Positions 1 through 7,158 are shown, counted from the stretch's first letter. The stretch: DNA of 9,930 nt from a virus (IMGVR_UViG_2675903504_000002:1-9930), one strand, 5' to 3'. A program made the numbers and translations. The notes: a model not told the origin generated them from the sequence alone.

Positions 1-288
1 TCGGGCGGACCAAATGATACGTCAGTGGGAGAGATCTCACTAAAAACTGGGGATAACGCCTTAAATGGCGAAGAAACGGTCTAAATAGGCTGATTCAAGG
101 CATTTACGGGAGAAAAAATCGGCTCAAACATGAAGAAATGAAATGACTGAGTCAGCCGAGAAGAATTTCCCCGCTTATTCGCACCTTCCCTAGATGACCA
201 CATTACACATCTAAAAGGTAAACTATGCGATTTCCTTAGCAAGAAGTTTGGCGATAGCATTAGCCTGAGTGTTAATGCATTAGCTTCT

Positions 289-753
289 TTGCTTGAACAG
301 GCGTGTCGAGAAAAATCCAAGGTAAAATCCGCAGATATTATTAATTTTCCTGAACTTATTTCACGAAAGGGTTTCTCATCAGAAGCATTGAATGGTGTGC
401 TTGATTCCTTGAATGCAAGTAATAGTTTAAAGCCTGATTGGGACAAAGCTAGTCCCCTATTCAATGATCTTGGCAAAACATCGCTTCAGCTCATTATCCT
501 GCAAGCCATGTTCTCACAAGTTTGCATCGACCTTAACCAAAACAAAAAAAATCCTTCGACTGTATATCTAGAATATGCAATTAGCCTTTACGATGAGGCG
601 AGTGCTCACTCGGATTTGAAATTATATCTAACTGAAACCATGTACAAAATTGATGCACTTTGTCCAGATTATGCATTGACTTTAAAGTCAGGGAAGAAAG
701 AATGCATAGTTATTTACTCAATAATCCAGAAGCTCTTAGAGGGAGGTGAATAA
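289..753 (+). CDS. Hypothetical small protein (154 aa if TTG start at 289; true start uncertain), translationally coupled to the downstream ATPase
   Basis: Frame is open from 151 to the TAA at 751-753 with no in-frame ATG before 508. Stop overlaps the next gene's ATG (TAATG, 751-755). AT-rich like the ATPase. The antisense ORF 81..476 overlaps and is judged spurious. Confidence 0.5.
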   Translation: MLEQACREKSKVKSADIINFPELISRKGFSSEALNGVLDSLNASNSLKPDWDKASPLFNDLGKTSLQLIILQAMFSQVCIDLNQNKKNPSTVYLEYAISLYDEASAHSDLKLYLTETMYKIDALCPDYALTLKSGKKECIVIYSIIQKLLEGGE

Positions 754-2405
754 TGAAAAGCATATACTTTAAAAGTGCTCATATATTATCCCTTCGCGAT
801 AAGAAAGGATTCTCCTTCAAGTTCTCACCTGATATTAATATCATTACAGGTGAGAACGACACAGGTAAGTCTAGCTTTATTAAGAGCTTATATCATACAT
901 TAGGTGCTGATGTTCGACTGGATAAAAAGTGGAAAGAAGATAACTTTGTTTCAAAAGTTGTTATTTGTGTTAATAATCGTGACTATGCGTTTCTTCGCCA
1001 CGAAAAACGTATTTCCATTTTCGATATAACAGCAGGACAAGAGCATCACTTAGTGACCTCTAGCTCTCGTGCAGAGATTGCATTAGCTGTGCGTGATGTC
1101 TTTGATTTCAATTTGGAGCTTGTGACTAAAACTAATTTGGTTCAGGGACAAGCACAACCAGCAAGTCTTTATCTCCCTTACTATATTGATCAAGATAACG
1201 GTTGGGGGAAAGTTTTAGATTCATTTAGCAGTTTGGCTATGTATGAGGACTGGCAAAAAAATATCTTGAATTTTCATACTGGTGTAAAACCAAAGGAGTA
1301 CTATACTTTACAAGGAAAGATTAATTTAATTGATTTCGATCTTGTTGAAATCCGAACGACGTTAAAAGCTCTAAAGAGAGCTAAAAAGCGATTCGAAGAG
1401 TCATTTGGAAGAGTACTTTTCGATGTGGATGTAAAATATTATGAAGAGCTGCTGGAACGTTTCCTTCGTAAGTGCCAAGACTTACATCAAGAAGAAACAG
1501 AATACAGAATTAAGCTCATAAAAATATTATCTCTACGAGATGAATTAGTAACAGAAATAGAGGAATCAAAAAGACAGCTCGATGAAAATGATATAGATTC
1601 TTTGCTACCATCGGCAGGCTTAGAAGCAAGATATGTAGTACTTGAGAATAAAGAAAAGCTATTGCAAATCATACCAAAGTTGTATGAGGAAAAATCTGTA
1701 TATGATGATCAACTCTCTAAAATTAAAGAAGATTTGAAACAGGCTATAAGCTTAAGCTCAGAACTCAAAAACATGCTTCTGGAAGTCAAAGAGCAACTGA
1801 CTCTTCAAGACGTTATTAAGTCTCAAGCAAGTAAGCAGGTTGAGGTAACTTTCGATGAGCAAATTAACGAATTACTGCTAAAAATAGGCGAATTGGATGT
1901 TTCTAGAACTCAGCTTTCAAAAGAAATAGCAAAGTTCGAAGATAAAAAGCGAGCAAAAGAAATCAATGATAAGTTTAAAGAGTCACTGAAGTTTGCGCAA
2001 ACTGAGTTAGGTATCAAAGATCCTAAAGTTGGAACTATTCTTCAATATGGTCCGATTTCTAAGAGCGAAACAGGCAGCCGTGCTCCAAGATCAATCCTGG
2101 CTTATCACTATGCTCTTCTAAAAACAATAGAAGATAAATCGACAAGTCCTATGCTTCCAGTAGTAATTGACTCGCCTAAACAACAAGATCCAGATCCGCG
2201 TACAACAAAAAAGTTATTCGATTTATGTATTAATGGTTTATCAACTAATAGCCAGCTAATTATCGGCTCAGTTTCATTTGAAAGAGAAACGAATCAGTTT
2301 AAAACACTTATTATGACTGAAAAATACAGTCTGCTAAAATCAGAGCTTTACAATCAGGTTTATCAAGAGATTATGCCTCTTTATGAACGAGCTGCGTTAT
2401 CATAA
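753..2405 (+). CDS. SMC/Rad50-like (ABC-type) ATPase with long central coiled coil, 550 aa; candidate defence ATPase of unassigned family
   Basis: SD GGAGG at 742-746, 6 nt before ATG 753. Walker A GENDTGKS at 849-872. Residues ~190-430 are K/E/L/Q-rich and heptad-like. C-terminal signature-like SETGS (2064-2078) and Walker-B-like LPVVIDSP (2154-2177). Confidence 0.8.
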   Translation: MKSIYFKSAHILSLRDKKGFSFKFSPDINIITGENDTGKSSFIKSLYHTLGADVRLDKKWKEDNFVSKVVICVNNRDYAFLRHEKRISIFDITAGQEHHLVTSSSRAEIALAVRDVFDFNLELVTKTNLVQGQAQPASLYLPYYIDQDNGWGKVLDSFSSLAMYEDWQKNILNFHTGVKPKEYYTLQGKINLIDFDLVEIRTTLKALKRAKKRFEESFGRVLFDVDVKYYEELLERFLRKCQDLHQEETEYRIKLIKILSLRDELVTEIEESKRQLDENDIDSLLPSAGLEARYVVLENKEKLLQIIPKLYEEKSVYDDQLSKIKEDLKQAISLSSELKNMLLEVKEQLTLQDVIKSQASKQVEVTFDEQINELLLKIGELDVSRTQLSKEIAKFEDKKRAKEINDKFKESLKFAQTELGIKDPKVGTILQYGPISKSETGSRAPRSILAYHYALLKTIEDKSTSPMLPVVIDSPKQQDPDPRTTKKLFDLCINGLSTNSQLIIGSVSFERETNQFKTLIMTEKYSLLKSELYNQVYQEIMPLYERAALS

Positions 2406-2435
2406 TCTGATCATTTATATGGGAACACGCTCATC

Positions 2436-2459
2436 ACTATGAGTGTGTCTCCTCATAGT
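2436..2459. other. Perfect 8-bp stem hairpin (ACTATGAG / CTCATAGT, 8-nt loop) 31 nt after the ATPase stop
   Basis: Exact inverted repeat read from the sequence. Lacks a following T-run, so not a canonical intrinsic terminator. Confidence 0.4.
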
Positions 2460-2537
2460 TACGCTAGCTATCAATTAAATTAGCCTATTCAATTGACCAG
2501 CTCTTCATTGATCAACAATAAGTGCTATTAGCTACTT

Positions 2538-2597
2538 CAGCTTTCGGCACAGAGCGGACGAGATGGCTGGTTTGAAGGTCCGCTGTGAGCGAAGAGC
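2538..2597. other. Two adjacent stem-loops in the convergent intergenic region
   Basis: CACAG(AG)CGGAC ... GTCCGCTGTG (10 bp with a 2-nt bulge, 18-nt loop), then GCGAAG-AGCGGAA-CTTCGC (6-bp stem). No adjacent U-tract on either strand. Confidence 0.4.
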
Positions 2598-2706
2598 GGA
2601 ACTTCGCGATTAATCTCGCAGTCAAATAGTTGCATTACTCACATTACGGCGTATTAATCAATGGAGAGCAGATCAATAAGAACAGAAATAAACATTCCAA
2701 GCATTA

Positions 2707-3258
2707 CTACAAGTCTGACATTAGAGCCAAACACATAATCCGTTCCCAGTGATTCACAAAAGGCGAATTATTGATTATTGTTTGAAATATAAGGTATTTA
2801 GCAGCATTTTTATCTACGGAGATTGGTAGTACTGAGTTATATAGAGCTAAAAGCACAACTAACCTCGCACCAGCTTCTTTAGAGTATCTTAAAGATAAAT
2901 CAAAATCGTTAAAATGTTTTTCCACTCTTTGTTTATGTGCATTATCCCAATCAGCAGGTGGCGAAACAAAATACTCAATAACTCCAGGCTCATCATTTTT
3001 GCCAACCAAGTATCTAGCCGATATCCACTGTTCATCATAATAACGGCTATCGTCTAAATAGGGATGTATTATCTGTTCTGCTTCATTTCTTGCAAAAGTT
3101 TCCCCTTTACCATCCATATTACAATCTCGACAAGCTGGCACAAGATTAACAGGCAATATAGAAAACTGAGGATAGTGAGCTTTAGGCAAATAATGATCTA
3201 AATTTCGAGGTCGCCCAATCCCACCACAAAATGGGCATTTTTCATTAGCAGCAGTCAT
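2707..3258 (-). CDS. HNH-family endonuclease, 183 aa
   Basis: N-terminal CPFCG...LDHYLPK...N...CRDCN pattern (about 3115..3237 on +), i.e. two CxxC pairs flanking a DH dyad as in McrA/HNH nucleases. AT-rich. No strong SD upstream of ATG 3258. Confidence 0.8.
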   Translation of the reverse strand: MTAANEKCPFCGGIGRPRNLDHYLPKAHYPQFSILPVNLVPACRDCNMDGKGETFARNEAEQIIHPYLDDSRYYDEQWISARYLVGKNDEPGVIEYFVSPPADWDNAHKQRVEKHFNDFDLSLRYSKEAGARLVVLLALYNSVLPISVDKNAAKYLIFQTIINNSPFVNHWERIMCLALMSDL

Positions 3259-3333
3259 CAGGGCATCATAAATATTTCGAGCAGGCTTTTTCTTCCCAAC
3301 AACATAATTTCCATTTATGTAAACTGATTAATG

Positions 3334-3365
3334 AAAACAATAAGTTAGAGTAAAAACAATAAGTT
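3334..3365. repeat. Tandem direct repeat AAAACAATAAGTT x2 (3334-3346, 3353-3365) between int stop and HNH start
   Basis: 13/13 identity, 19 bp period, followed by GGTGGTCAGTGGTGG just before the int stop. Confidence 0.7.
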
Positions 3366-3385
3366 GGGTTGGTGGTCAGTGGTGG

Positions 3386-4441
3386 TTATGACGGGGTAAT
3401 GCCAACCGCTGCCGCCACTTTGTCGCCACTTGGCAGCGTTGCCAGAGGATTGAAACGGAGCGCCGTTTCCAGATGATCCGGTGCCAGATGTGCGTAACGC
3501 ATAGTCATTTTTATATCGTGGTGTCCGAGAATTTTTTGTAAGGCCAGAATGTTTCCACCCGACATCATGAAGTGCGCCGCAAACGTATGGCGCAGAACGT
3601 GTGTGAGTTGACCGCGAGGGAGCACGATAGACGTTTTTTCCATTACGGATAAAAATTGAAAATAGCAGTCTGTGAAGAAATTGAATCCATCAAGCGCCAT
3701 GATCTCTTCATAAAGCTCTTTACTGATAGGGATGCTTCTGTTTTTCTTCCCCTTCGTTCTTACAAAGGTAATTCGGTATTTAGTCACCTGTGATCGGGTA
3801 AGGTTTATTGCTTCTCGCCAGCGTGCGCCTGTGCTTAAGCATATCTTGACTACCAGCGCCAGAATTGGGTCCTGACGTTTGCAATCAGCCAGCAGTTCAA
3901 CAATCTGCTCATGGGTAAGCCATGCCATCTCTTTTTCTGCGATGGTGAATTTTCGCATGTTCTCCAGTGGGTTTGGATACGACCATTCGCCCAGGCGGGA
4001 TAGTTCGCTAAAAACACTACTTAGATAGCTTTGCTCCAGGTTAATGGTGACCGGGCTGGCTCCTTTCTTCCATTTCTCGCTGAAGTAGATCTCACCGGTC
4101 AGGCGTTTATCTCGATAGTGGGCAAACATTTTAGAGGTGAGATTGGTTGCAAGAGGATTGCCTAGAGCGTCAACCATCAGCAGCAATTTGTCATAGACAT
4201 GCTGCCCAGCAGTCAGAGATTTACCATGTAATTTGAACCATAGCTCAACCACGTCTTTCAGGGTTCGACGATCCACTGATTCGCCCAGCCAGGGCTTTGA
4301 TTCGGTTTCTTCCATCGTGTGACGCTCAAAAGCCAGAGCTTCGCCTTTGGTGGCGAATTGTTTACGCACACGACGCCCACTTCGTCCGGCGGGGTAACAT
4401 TCGCAAAGCCATTTCCCTGTGGTGAGTTTTCGTACTGCCAT
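3386..4441 (-). CDS. int: Tyrosine site-specific recombinase (phage integrase, P2/186-type), 351 aa
   Basis: C-terminal catalytic region LSTGARWREA ... HVLRHTFAAHFMMSGGNILALQKILGHHDIKMTMRYAHLAP contains the R...H-x-x-R...Y signature. N-terminus MAVRKL...GRSGRRVRKQF resembles P2 Int as I recall it. Confidence 0.95.
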   Translation of the reverse strand: MAVRKLTTGKWLCECYPAGRSGRRVRKQFATKGEALAFERHTMEETESKPWLGESVDRRTLKDVVELWFKLHGKSLTAGQHVYDKLLLMVDALGNPLATNLTSKMFAHYRDKRLTGEIYFSEKWKKGASPVTINLEQSYLSSVFSELSRLGEWSYPNPLENMRKFTIAEKEMAWLTHEQIVELLADCKRQDPILALVVKICLSTGARWREAINLTRSQVTKYRITFVRTKGKKNRSIPISKELYEEIMALDGFNFFTDCYFQFLSVMEKTSIVLPRGQLTHVLRHTFAAHFMMSGGNILALQKILGHHDIKMTMRYAHLAPDHLETALRFNPLATLPSGDKVAAAVGITPS

Positions 4442-4466
4442 AAAAAAGCCCTCATATCAGAGGGCT
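4442..4466 (-). terminator. Candidate rho-independent terminator downstream of the OLD-like gene; its 3' arm contains the int Shine-Dalgarno
   Basis: Minus-strand RNA reads AGCCCUC-UGAUAU-GAGGGCU then U5-6, directly followed by the int AUG (4441). The 7-bp GC-rich stem's GAGGG lies 7 nt from the AUG. Confidence 0.5.
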
Positions 4467-4511
4467 AAATTTAACTGTATATTTGACCAGTAGTCAATGT
4501 ATGGTTTTTAC

Positions 4512-6500
4512 TTAAAAAACATTCTTATCCCCGTGGAAAAAACGTGCAACGTTCAATAGCCAGTCGGGGGTTTTTATTTCATTTGAATTTGCTAGTATTT
4601 CTAAATATTTTTCGCAAAATTCATTTTTTTTTCCTGGTAATTCGAAATAATCCTCAATAGCTTTTTTTTCTGTAATGTTAAGATTCAAAGCGCCTCCCGA
4701 TACTGAAGACTCCATTAACTGTGGGGTTTCCATAAAGGACAAACTAGTTTCTCCTTTAGTGTAAAGCATTTTCAGAGTTTCTACGTAGAAATCAGCATTA
4801 AGAGACTGCTCAATTTCTGTAGGTGGATAAACTCGATCATCAGTAACTTTAACAAGGCTTATATTAGATAAGTCTTTATCGAGCAAGAGTCTTCTTATTT
4901 TTATACTTGGTATTGTATCTGTAGCATCATATGGACTATATTTGTGATCTGTATCTAATAATAATAATACTTTTCCTGAGATTGTTGCTTTGCGATCCTC
5001 TAACGCCATAACGAGTAAATTATATATTTTTTTTACTGTAGGGGAGCCACCGACGGATAAAACTATTAGTTTCTCAATGTTTTCATAATCCAAGTGAGCG
5101 GAAATATATTTTCTATCAGTTTTTCCTTCGCACAATATCCAGTTATAATTATTTCCAGATGTTATTGAATAAACAATTGATTGTGCTAAGTCGTGATTGC
5201 TTTTCATTTCTAAAACGTCAAGGTAAGAGCCATTTGACTCTTTTGCTAGTTCCTTTAATTCATCCTTGTAGTTTTCCAGATCGAGTGCTTTGATGTATGT
5301 TTGAGAGGGGGAAATATATATGGCTGTACCTGAGCCTGTAACAGGTAAAAAACCATACCAATGAGTTGTACAAATAGTTTGTATGCCTAGGTCGCTAATT
5401 TTTTTTATTTTATCAAATTGATTAAAACATGATGTGGCATGTAAGGATAATTCAGGTTCATCAACAGCAAGAATTGTTGAGTGCTGAGATTTTTGTGGAT
5501 TATGTTTTAAGAAATTGGTAGCAAGATCTAGCAATGCTTTTCTTTTTTCTCCTGAGCTTAAATTTTGCACAGGGGTATCTTTATTAACATCATCAATATG
5601 ATGTAATATTTTATCACTAAAATATGATTCAATTATTTTAGATATCATATGACGTTGAGTGAAACTATTTTGTCGCTGAGATGGTTTTTTAAATTGATAT
5701 CGCCCCTCAAGCTTTGTAGTTAATTGTCTAATAAAATCATTTAAGTGCGAATTTATTGCTGTAATATCCTTTTTCTTAATGATTTTACTGATTTTTTGTT
5801 GGAGATTTTCACCTAATAAAGACTGTAATAAATCGCTTTCAATCCTTGAGTATTCGGATGTGGTTATTTCTGCAGGTAGGTAAATATAATTATAGATATC
5901 CTTAATTGTTATTAATAGCTTAGGTAGTATATTGTTAAAATGATATTTTTTATTATTCGTCGAACTATTTTCATTTGCGAGATCATCAATTTGCAATCGA
6001 TAATCATCTATAGATTCGAAAATTGACATGTAGGGGCGAGGAATATCATTTGCAGTTTCTTTTATTATCCCAAGGGGAATTAATAAATATTCATCTGAAG
6101 AATATTTGTATTCTAGTTGCTTCCTGTGTGATATAAATTTCTCAGCTATAGGACGTTGCAATGTATTAAAAACTTCACTTTCTATTTGCCAAGTGATATC
6201 GCTTACGATTTCTAATGCTTTGTATAGGGAATTATTTATCTTTAGCTTGTTTTTATTTATTAAATAAATTGGCACAATGAATGGTTCTCGAGTATCGAAA
6301 CCTTGACTGCGCGCTTCATTGTTGATATCAAGTCTATTGATATCAGTTTTATTTAGTACAATATCTAATGCTTGTAATATTGAGCTTTTCCCGACACCAT
6401 TTTCACCAATGAGCCAAGAGGATTTATTGTTTAAAGTGAGAGGGATATAATGTTGATTTTTGAAATTCTTGAAATTTCGTAAAATAACACCAATAATCAT
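4512..6500 (-). CDS. OLD-family ATPase-TOPRIM nuclease (class-1 OLD-like single-gene architecture; a fused PARIS AriA-AriB-like protein is an alternative), 662 aa
   Basis: N-terminal ABC/AAA_15-type Walker A LIGENGVGKSS (6384..6407). C-terminal TOPRIM motifs ILCEGKTD (5115..5138) and LLLLDTDH (DxD at 4947..4955). SD AAGGA 5-6 nt upstream of ATG 6500, 20 bp after the cI stop. Very AT-rich (about 28% G+C in a hand-counted 60-nt sample). Confidence 0.85.
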   Translation of the reverse strand: MIIGVILRNFKNFKNQHYIPLTLNNKSSWLIGENGVGKSSILQALDIVLNKTDINRLDINNEARSQGFDTREPFIVPIYLINKNKLKINNSLYKALEIVSDITWQIESEVFNTLQRPIAEKFISHRKQLEYKYSSDEYLLIPLGIIKETANDIPRPYMSIFESIDDYRLQIDDLANENSSTNNKKYHFNNILPKLLITIKDIYNYIYLPAEITTSEYSRIESDLLQSLLGENLQQKISKIIKKKDITAINSHLNDFIRQLTTKLEGRYQFKKPSQRQNSFTQRHMISKIIESYFSDKILHHIDDVNKDTPVQNLSSGEKRKALLDLATNFLKHNPQKSQHSTILAVDEPELSLHATSCFNQFDKIKKISDLGIQTICTTHWYGFLPVTGSGTAIYISPSQTYIKALDLENYKDELKELAKESNGSYLDVLEMKSNHDLAQSIVYSITSGNNYNWILCEGKTDRKYISAHLDYENIEKLIVLSVGGSPTVKKIYNLLVMALEDRKATISGKVLLLLDTDHKYSPYDATDTIPSIKIRRLLLDKDLSNISLVKVTDDRVYPPTEIEQSLNADFYVETLKMLYTKGETSLSFMETPQLMESSVSGGALNLNITEKKAIEDYFELPGKKNEFCEKYLEILANSNEIKTPDWLLNVARFFHGDKNVF

Positions 6501-6520
6501 TTTTTGTCCTTTAAAATTAA

Positions 6521-7111
6521 TTATTTACAGGTCATAATTACTTTAGCGATGATATTAACATCACTGATATTGCACTCTATTTTTTTTGATTTTGACTCTA
6601 GCATTATGCGGTTATTAGGTAACCTCATTAATTCTCGAACAGAATATATACCGTCAATGGCAATCAACCATAACCCATCATCAATCTCATCCACACCTCG
6701 TCTCACGACATAAGTTATATGCTCATGCTCAAGAGCTGAGATATCTTTTAGGTCATTTGGCAATAGTGATAAATCAAAAATTAAATAGCCATTATCAATC
6801 AGTTTGCCATCGATAATTTTCTCTCTGGTCAGGCTTACAACATGCGATTTTGCATCCACATACATGGGGCCTTCAGCTGCGGATAGCCAACGAAGTGAAA
6901 TACCTGTTTCTAACGCACATTGAATTATCCAATCAGCGGGGAATGTATCTCTCATATATCGATTAGCTAACGTGCTTTTAGAAACACCAAGATGTTCAGC
7001 CAAAGCCTGTCGTGTCGTAAAGCCATAAGCTTCGACTAATCGCTCAATCGCAGCCTTACCACCTTTATTGGGATTTATTTTGATCTCACTTGGGTACTTT
7101 GATGTTGACAT
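6521..7111 (-). CDS. cI: Phage 186-type CI immunity repressor (N-terminal HTH, C-terminal oligomerisation domain), 196 aa
   Basis: HTH-like segment GFTTRQALAEHLGVSKSTLANRY. Size and divergent position opposite the apl/cII-like genes match the phage 186 switch layout (P2 C is much smaller). Start codon overlaps the -35 of the rightward promoter. Confidence 0.8.
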   Translation of the reverse strand: MSTSKYPSEIKINPNKGGKAAIERLVEAYGFTTRQALAEHLGVSKSTLANRYMRDTFPADWIIQCALETGISLRWLSAAEGPMYVDAKSHVVSLTREKIIDGKLIDNGYLIFDLSLLPNDLKDISALEHEHITYVVRRGVDEIDDGLWLIAIDGIYSVRELMRLPNNRIMLESKSKKIECNISDVNIIAKVIMTCK

Positions 7112-7158
7112 ATCTCTTTTGCGATCCTAGTATCACTTTTGTTCCCATTTGGGTACTT
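7090..7158. promoter_or_regulatory. Two exact copies of TTGGGTACTT (7090-7099, 7149-7158) bracketing the pR-like promoter; candidate operator or regulator binding sites
   Basis: 10/10 direct repeat read from the sequence, 59 bp apart, flanking the -35/-10. Confidence 0.4.
7105..7133 (+). promoter_or_regulatory. Candidate sigma70 rightward lytic promoter (pR-like): -35 TTGACA, 17-bp spacer, -10 TAGTAT
   Basis: TTGACA at 7105-7110 and TAGTAT at 7128-7133. The -35 overlaps the cI start codon (complement of CAT at 7109-7111). Oriented toward apl/cII. Confidence 0.5.

Noticed and set aside
1-84. Open frame 1..81 (27 codons, stop 82-84) as the tail of an upstream gene entering the window
   Set aside because: Too short and motif-free to call; noted only because a missing upstream effector gene would matter for interpreting the ATPase module.
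81-476. Minus-strand 131-aa ORF
   Set aside because: Antisense to the small ORF that is translationally coupled to the ATPase, and its product is low-complexity (S/L/R/F-rich) with no motif. Likely a shadow ORF, though not fully excluded because the + strand start is itself uncertain.
1487-1672. Minus-strand 61-aa ORF
   Set aside because: Lies entirely inside the ATPase coding sequence on the opposite strand; S-rich shadow ORF.
2661-2738. Plus-strand 25-codon ORF starting at ATG 2661
   Set aside because: No SD, overlaps the 3' end of the HNH gene, too short to support without conservation data.
2406-3385. tRNA or tRNA fragment at the prophage junction
   Set aside because: No T-loop-like GGTTCGAATCC-type motif or acceptor-stem/CCA arrangement found by eye; the visible hairpins do not form a cloverleaf.
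4258-4455. Minus-strand 65-aa ORF overlapping the 5' end of int
   Set aside because: Alternative frame of the integrase gene; int has clear family similarity throughout, this does not.
6504-6713. Plus-strand 69-aa ORF
   Set aside because: Antisense to the C-terminal part of the CI repressor gene; no RBS; composition typical of an AT-rich shadow frame.
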